Origin: Bacilli bacterium
Lineage (GTDB): Bacteria > Bacillota_I > Bacilli_A > RFN20 > UBA1709
Assembly (NCBI GenBank): GCA_050949315.1
Contig: JBMNFL010000001.1
Span: 416,001-480,000 of the forward strand
Direction: 5' to 3'
Length of the DNA: 64,000 nt
The notes beneath the pieces were generated by a model. That model did not search any database. It was not told the DNA's origin and saw only the letters and a program-made list of their open reading frames with translations. The translations under genes and the position numbers were made by a program. This document shows positions 58,993-64,000 of the stretch, in pieces; position 1 is the stretch's first letter; each line of letters begins with the position of its first letter.

Positions 58993-59010
58993 CTTTTAGG
59001 AGGAATAAAT

Positions 59011-59634
59011 ATGTTTCGTTATGACAATATCAAACAACCAAAGACAAGAAAGGGGCGCGAAACTTTTGAAAGAATCGTCCGCGCTGGTGAAAAACTATTT
59101 CATCTTTTAACCTACCCTGTTGCCTCTATCACCGATATTGCTAGGGAAGCGAAAATCGGTATTGGAACCTTCTATTTATATTTTGAAAGCAAACAAAGTC
59201 TTTTTAGATATCTAGTTTTATCTTACCATCACGAAATTCGCCGCGACATCGCTGAACTTGCCCGTGATGGCAAAAACCGGCAAGAAGTGGAGCGTCTAGG
59301 TTTTAAAGCCTTCTTCCGCTACATCTTCAAAAATCCTTATGCCTACACTATTATTTGGCAATCGCTAGTCGTTGACAAAGAACTTTTTAATTATTATTAC
59401 ACAACCTTTGCCGATAAATATCGCATCGGTATTCAAAAAGCCATTGACGATGGGGAAATCTATCCCGATATGAGTGCCATTGATATCGCCTATGCCTTGA
59501 TGGGCATCACTAACTTTGTCGGTCTTAAACTTTCGGTCTTTAATGATGGGATTAAACCGACAGCCAAAGACATTGACAAAACGGTTGATGAGGCGATGAA
59601 ACTCGTCAGCCATGGAATTTTTATTAAGAAATAA
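59011..59634 (+). CDS. TetR/AcrR family regulator, divergent from the catabolic operon
   Basis: SITDIAREAKIGIGTFYLYFESKQSLF; AGGAGG RBS before ATG 59011. Confidence 0.93.
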   Translation: MFRYDNIKQPKTRKGRETFERIVRAGEKLFHLLTYPVASITDIAREAKIGIGTFYLYFESKQSLFRYLVLSYHHEIRRDIAELARDGKNRQEVERLGFKAFFRYIFKNPYAYTIIWQSLVVDKELFNYYYTTFADKYRIGIQKAIDDGEIYPDMSAIDIAYALMGITNFVGLKLSVFNDGIKPTAKDIDKTVDEAMKLVSHGIFIKK

Positions 59635-59639
59635 GCAGT

Positions 59640-59665
59640 AAAAAAAGGTTCAAGCGAACCTTTTT
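59640..59665. terminator. Bidirectional intrinsic terminator
   Basis: aaaaaggttc-aagc-gaaccttttt. Confidence 0.78.
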
Positions 59666-60557
59666 ATTTTAGATGCTCTTTGAAGCTCTGGGCTAAAAAA
59701 TCTGTTTGGTCAATGATAGGGGAATGCCCTGAATCTTTAATGACCACGAATTCCAACTGTTTAAAACCTTCCTTATTTTCTAAGGCCATGTAAGAAGGAA
59801 CTGTAATATCCTTTTCACCCCAATAGCTCACAATAGGACAGGTGACCTTAGCAGCTAAACCATTACCAGGATTATAGCCATTATGCTTATCGGACATATT
59901 GAAGTTAGCTAAAGCCCAGTCAACATCTATCAAGCAGCGTTGCTTAAGAGTTTCCGTTAAATAGATGTGACCATCCTCTGGACTTGGTCCTCTACCAGCA
60001 CTATAGATAGCAAAATTCCAAACATTCTCCATTAACTCATAATTTTTAGCCTCAATGGCCGTTTGGACTGGCAAAACCTGAACGGGATCTAGAGCCATCT
60101 CTTCTTTGCTCTTATAGACTTGCCCTAATAAAACTTGACCATTGGCGTCTTTCTTGTAAACAGGATAACCACGATATGACATCGAATTGACTAACAATAC
60201 CTGTTTGACAAGTTTGGGATAAGTGGCCGCTAAATACAGGACCACACCCCCGCCCGCTGACCAGCCAGCAAAGGCGGCCTTCTTAATGGCGAGTTTGTCA
60301 CAAAAGGCTTTGATGTCTTCACCTAATTCTTCAAGACTATCAAAGGGCTTATTGTAGGAACTGTCACCAAGACCGCGAAAATCGGGAGCATAAATTTTGT
60401 AATCATGCTCTAGTTTTTCAATCAAAGGTGTCCAGTGAATAGAAGAAGACATGTTGCCATGGAGCAAGACTAAAACCTTGTCTCCCTTGCCCTCTTCAAG
60501 GTAGGCGATTTTCTCGCCACTAGGAATTTCAACATACTTTTTAATATACTTTTTCAT
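59664..60557 (-). CDS. phaZ: Alpha/beta hydrolase resembling Bacillus intracellular PHB depolymerase PhaZ
   Basis: HGNMSSS, GWSAGGG lipase box, GYPVYKKDANGQ, KEEMALDPVQ, FNMSDKHNG, GHSP..D; similarity to B. cereus-group PhaZ is recalled from memory, not aligned. Confidence 0.7.
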   Translation of the reverse strand: MKKYIKKYVEIPSGEKIAYLEEGKGDKVLVLLHGNMSSSIHWTPLIEKLEHDYKIYAPDFRGLGDSSYNKPFDSLEELGEDIKAFCDKLAIKKAAFAGWSAGGGVVLYLAATYPKLVKQVLLVNSMSYRGYPVYKKDANGQVLLGQVYKSKEEMALDPVQVLPVQTAIEAKNYELMENVWNFAIYSAGRGPSPEDGHIYLTETLKQRCLIDVDWALANFNMSDKHNGYNPGNGLAAKVTCPIVSYWGEKDITVPSYMALENKEGFKQLEFVVIKDSGHSPIIDQTDFLAQSFKEHLK

Positions 60558-60640
60558 ATTTTACCTCCTATTTTTAAACCCCTATTTTCAGGGTTTCTTT
60601 CCCTCATTATACAAACGATTTTCCCTTTTGTTAATAATTT

Positions 60641-63124
60641 TTATTCACTTCTTAAAGCTTCGACCGGATCTTTCTTAGCAGCGGCTCGAGCCGGAATAAT
60701 GCCGGCAATAAGCGTTAAAACAACACTTATAATCACCAAAATCACCGCCCCTTGCCAAGGCAAGGCCGCCACATGGCCAATATCGGCTAAGGCATCAATA
60801 ATGAAATTAACTGGGATGTCTAAAATCACCGTAGCCACCACCCCAAGCAGGCCTGCTGCTAGGCCTTCAATAAAGGTCTCGCAGTTAAAAACCCGAGAAA
60901 TATCGCGCTTGCTGGCCCCAATCGCTCGTAGAATGCCTATCTCTTTAGTTCGCTCCAAAACTGAGATATTGGTAATTATGCCAATCATGATAGAAGAGAC
61001 AATTAAAGAAATGGAAACAAAGGCAATCAGAACATAAGAAATCGCATTGATGATGGTGGAAACTGAAGCCATCAGTAAACCCACATAATCTGTGTACTTG
61101 ATCTGTTCATCTTGTTCATGATTTTGGTTATACTCCTCAATCAAGTCATTGATATTTTCCTTGGCCGCAAAACTGACTGGATAAATATTGATTCTACTTG
61201 GCCTTTCATAGTCCACTTGTCCTAAACTCACAAGGACTAAATTCAAGGCCGTCTCATCTTCAATCGCTTCACCCGTCAACAAATTTTTATTAGGTGAATT
61301 CCTTTGATCAGTAAGTAGCTGCGAGGCGTTGGCATAGTCAATCAAGCGAGTGGATAATTTTGGTGAGTAAGCGATGGCACCGCGCAAAACATTTGAAGAA
61401 GCATCTTCAGCCGGTTTAACAATACCGGAAATCTTTAAATCAAAACCCTTATCAATCAGGACCTGTTTAACAAAGGCGGCATCATCATGTTTATCAACAT
61501 AAGAACCATCAGCCTGTTTTTCATAATAATCAACCGAACTTGCAACTCGATAAGTTAAACCTAAAATATCCTCATATTCATAACTCTCGCTTTCAAAAGG
61601 CGTGGTATCCCCACCTACAGTGCGTATAATTAGTTCATCGATCTCCGAAGCTTCTCTTAAGCCAATCGCATAGAGTAGATAGTCGGCGATACCATTATCT
61701 TTATCCATAACTAAAACCACTTCATTATCGGTTGTGGGCCAAGCTCCCGCCGCTAATTGATACTGCGACTCTAAGAATTCTTGATTTCCTATTAGTTCCT
61801 GCCAAACATCAGCACGCTGCATCATAGAATCAAAAGATGCTAGATAGGGACGAGTGTAAGGACTTAGATTCTCACTAAGAGAATAGGGATTCAAACACTC
61901 AAGTTTAGTTTCATAATTGCTCTTATAAATATTCAAATCAACATCATAAATATATTGGATATCGGTGACTAAAGGCTCAAATTTTTCCTTGTTTTCATCA
62001 AGATAAGTTTTAAAAGTTTTTAAGTCATTCTCACTAAAACTACTAGCCATAGCCGTGATAATCGTGGTTAAAACATCATTAGAATAGACATGCTGATCAT
62101 CTCTTTCTGTTTTATCGGCTTCTTTTAAATTAGCCAAACTATTCAAATCGGTTGAAACCGTTTCAATGGTTATAGGATAAGAAGAAAGCGTCTCCTCTTC
62201 CACACGACTGATATAATTTTGGAAGCCGCTGGAAAGGGAAAGGATTAAGGCGATGCCAATTATGCCAATACTTCCAGCAAAGGCCGTTAGAATCGTTCGA
62301 CCTTTTTTAGTCAACAAATTATTAAGACTAAGCATAAAAGCCGTTTTTAAAGACATCCCCACTCTTTTTTCTTTACCGACTTTGTTTTCGGCTACTAAAC
62401 GCTGATAATTCTTCACCTCTTCTTCTAACATTTGAACTTCTTCCTCATTCAAGGGATTAGAATCGCTTTGAACCTCACCATCTAATAAACGAATGATTCT
62501 AGTCGCATATCGCTTAGCAAGCTCAGGATTATGCGTCACCATAATTACCAGATGATCCTTAGAAATATTCTTAAGAATTTCTAGTACTTGGACACTGGTT
62601 TCCGTATCTAAGGCCCCAGTTGGTTCATCGGCTAAAATGATATGGGGGTTATTGACAATCGCTCGAGCAATCGCCACTCTTTGCATCTGTCCCCCACTCA
62701 ATTGATTGGGTTTTTTATTAATCTGATCAGCTAGACCGACTTTCGTCAAAGCCTCAACTGCCCTTTTACGGCGTTCACCTTTACTAATACCTGATAAAGT
62801 TAAGGATAATTCAACATTGCTTAAAACACTTTGATGAGCGATAAGATTATAAGTTTGAAAAACAAAACCGACACGGTGATTACGGTAGGTATCCCAATCA
62901 TGGTCATTAAATTTTTTGGTAGATTTCCCATCAATGACTAAATCGCCATGACTATACTCATCTAGACCGCCGATAATATTTAGTAGAGTGGTCTTACCAC
63001 AACCACTAGGTCCTAAAATCGCCACAAATTCCTTCTGCCTAAACGCTAGATTAACTCCTTTTAAGGCCCGAACACTTAAATTGCCTGAAATATAGTCCTT
63101 AAAGATGTTTTTTAAGTTAAGCAT
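60641..63124 (-). CDS. MacB-like fused ABC ATPase/FtsX permease
   Basis: GPSGCGKT, LSGGQMQR, ADEPTGALD, SVLERTKEIGILRAIGA, DPVEALRSE. Confidence 0.92.
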   Translation of the reverse strand: MLNLKNIFKDYISGNLSVRALKGVNLAFRQKEFVAILGPSGCGKTTLLNIIGGLDEYSHGDLVIDGKSTKKFNDHDWDTYRNHRVGFVFQTYNLIAHQSVLSNVELSLTLSGISKGERRKRAVEALTKVGLADQINKKPNQLSGGQMQRVAIARAIVNNPHIILADEPTGALDTETSVQVLEILKNISKDHLVIMVTHNPELAKRYATRIIRLLDGEVQSDSNPLNEEEVQMLEEEVKNYQRLVAENKVGKEKRVGMSLKTAFMLSLNNLLTKKGRTILTAFAGSIGIIGIALILSLSSGFQNYISRVEEETLSSYPITIETVSTDLNSLANLKEADKTERDDQHVYSNDVLTTIITAMASSFSENDLKTFKTYLDENKEKFEPLVTDIQYIYDVDLNIYKSNYETKLECLNPYSLSENLSPYTRPYLASFDSMMQRADVWQELIGNQEFLESQYQLAAGAWPTTDNEVVLVMDKDNGIADYLLYAIGLREASEIDELIIRTVGGDTTPFESESYEYEDILGLTYRVASSVDYYEKQADGSYVDKHDDAAFVKQVLIDKGFDLKISGIVKPAEDASSNVLRGAIAYSPKLSTRLIDYANASQLLTDQRNSPNKNLLTGEAIEDETALNLVLVSLGQVDYERPSRINIYPVSFAAKENINDLIEEYNQNHEQDEQIKYTDYVGLLMASVSTIINAISYVLIAFVSISLIVSSIMIGIITNISVLERTKEIGILRAIGASKRDISRVFNCETFIEGLAAGLLGVVATVILDIPVNFIIDALADIGHVAALPWQGAVILVIISVVLTLIAGIIPARAAAKKDPVEALRSE

Positions 63125-63201
63125 TTAATCATCCCTTTCTTGTATTTTCCTAAGTTTCAGTATAACACAAGGCAATTTAATTTTGTCAATAATATGCTTT
63201 T

Positions 63202-63225
63202 AAAAAACCGAGAAAAATTCTCGGT
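63202..63225 (-). terminator. Intrinsic terminator
   Basis: accgaga/tctcggt stem with T-run on the minus strand. Confidence 0.6.
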
Positions 63226-63476
63226 CATAATTTTATTTTAACTATCGTCCCATCTTTGGCCTCAATATCCACTAAAATAAAGCCCTTATAATCGCGAGCA
63301 TGTTTTTTAAGTATCTTTAGAATTTCAAGGCCATTTTTGATTTCAAAACGACTTTTTTTATCTAAATTGGCTTTTTTCTTAGTTAAAATTCTATTTATCA
63401 ATCTTACTGGGACAAGGGGAAGGAAAATCGGAATAGTAATCGCTCGTTTATTACCCTCTTTGATTTTAATTAACAT
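63225..63476 (-). CDS. Small basic hypothetical protein
   Basis: Overlaps the XRE gene; ITIPIFLPL and LVDIEAKDG..VKI echo the C-terminal domain of its neighbour. Confidence 0.65.
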   Translation of the reverse strand: MLIKIKEGNKRAITIPIFLPLVPVRLINRILTKKKANLDKKSRFEIKNGLEILKILKKHARDYKGFILVDIEAKDGTIVKIKL

Positions 63477-63975
63477 CTTGATCTAAAGTCTCAACATAAA
63501 TTTCGACTTTGTCGCCATCTCCCGTGTCAATATCTACGAGTTTTCCTAACACGCCCTGCTCGATAAGCGTCAATAATTCATCCCAATTTATGAAGGAAGA
63601 GATATCTTTGCCATTGATGCTGGGATCAACACCTTTTTCAATCATCAATCTGACTAAAGTCAAAGGTAGATTGATATTAACCTTATCCCCATCTTCCGAA
63701 AGCACTCTAATCCTTAAAATCATCTTCGCTAAATCTTTTTTACTGGGCTTTTCAATAGAAAGCACCTCCGGCTTCTTTTCTCTCCCTAGTAATTCATCAA
63801 CTGTTGTCCCTAATAATTCGGCAATGCTTAATAATAAGGAGATATCCGGATAGGAATTATCCGTTTCCCATTTAGAAATCGCTTGGGTGGAAAGTCCTAA
63901 TTTCTCAGCTACCTGTTCTTGGGTATAACCCTTTGCCTTTCTTAATTCGGCAAATCTTTGACCAAAAGTTTTCAT
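63466..63975 (-). CDS. XRE family regulator with C-terminal domain
   Basis: LRKAKGYTQEQVAEKLGLSTQAISKWE..SYPDI. Confidence 0.9.
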   Translation of the reverse strand: MKTFGQRFAELRKAKGYTQEQVAEKLGLSTQAISKWETDNSYPDISLLLSIAELLGTTVDELLGREKKPEVLSIEKPSKKDLAKMILRIRVLSEDGDKVNINLPLTLVRLMIEKGVDPSINGKDISSFINWDELLTLIEQGVLGKLVDIDTGDGDKVEIYVETLDQDVN

Positions 63976-64000
63976 CTTTTTTTCCTCTCTTTCACTAAGA

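Noticed and set aside
938-61037. Many short ORFs in the track that are antisense to or nested in longer genes (e.g. 2511-2900, 5010-5387, 8616-8918, 17440-17802, 60699-61037)
   Set aside because: Shadows of well-supported genes, with no recognisable motifs
1-64000. Mycoplasma-type genetic code (TGA=Trp)
   Set aside because: TGA ends genes at expected positions (e.g. 3595, 13389, 54145) and long conserved genes read through intact under the standard code

Overview
Low-GC Bacillota (Bacilli-like) chromosomal window using the standard genetic code (TGA serves as stop). Left to right: (1) 1-12.7 kb, a minus-strand Wzy-type capsule/EPS operon. It has a structured 5' leader, a decayed aminotransferase gene, and an initiating sugar transferase frameshifted at an A8 tract. 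(2) 12.8-17.8 kb, thpR, a GNAT, a GDP-heptose pathway (hddA, hddC-gmhB fusion, gmhA) and an intact paralogue of the initiating transferase. (3) About 17.9-26.5 kb, an AT-rich accessory/defence region next to the tmRNA 3' end: IS remnant, truncated HerA, type II Thoeris-like pair, Schlafen/AlbA_2 protein, XRE-SdpI, Fic with a RelB/VbhA-like partner, and two short repeat arrays. (4) 26.5-45.3 kb, ssrA and housekeeping genes (rqcH, rsmD, def, dxs, ispH, uppS) interspersed with TA modules and two AAA/DUF4143 ATPases. (5) 45.3-60.6 kb, a TetR- and cre-associated catabolic locus: a KAS-III-like enzyme, Liv-type ABC importer, CoA transferase, two tandem hydrolases, MaoC/PhaJ, Bcd-EtfBA and a Bacillus-type PhaZ-like depolymerase. 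I read this as a candidate anaerobic PHB/3-hydroxybutyrate-oligomer to butyrate pathway, the best candidate for an undescribed system here. (6) A MacB-like ABC transporter and an XRE regulator. All family calls come from motif recognition by eye; no database searches were run.
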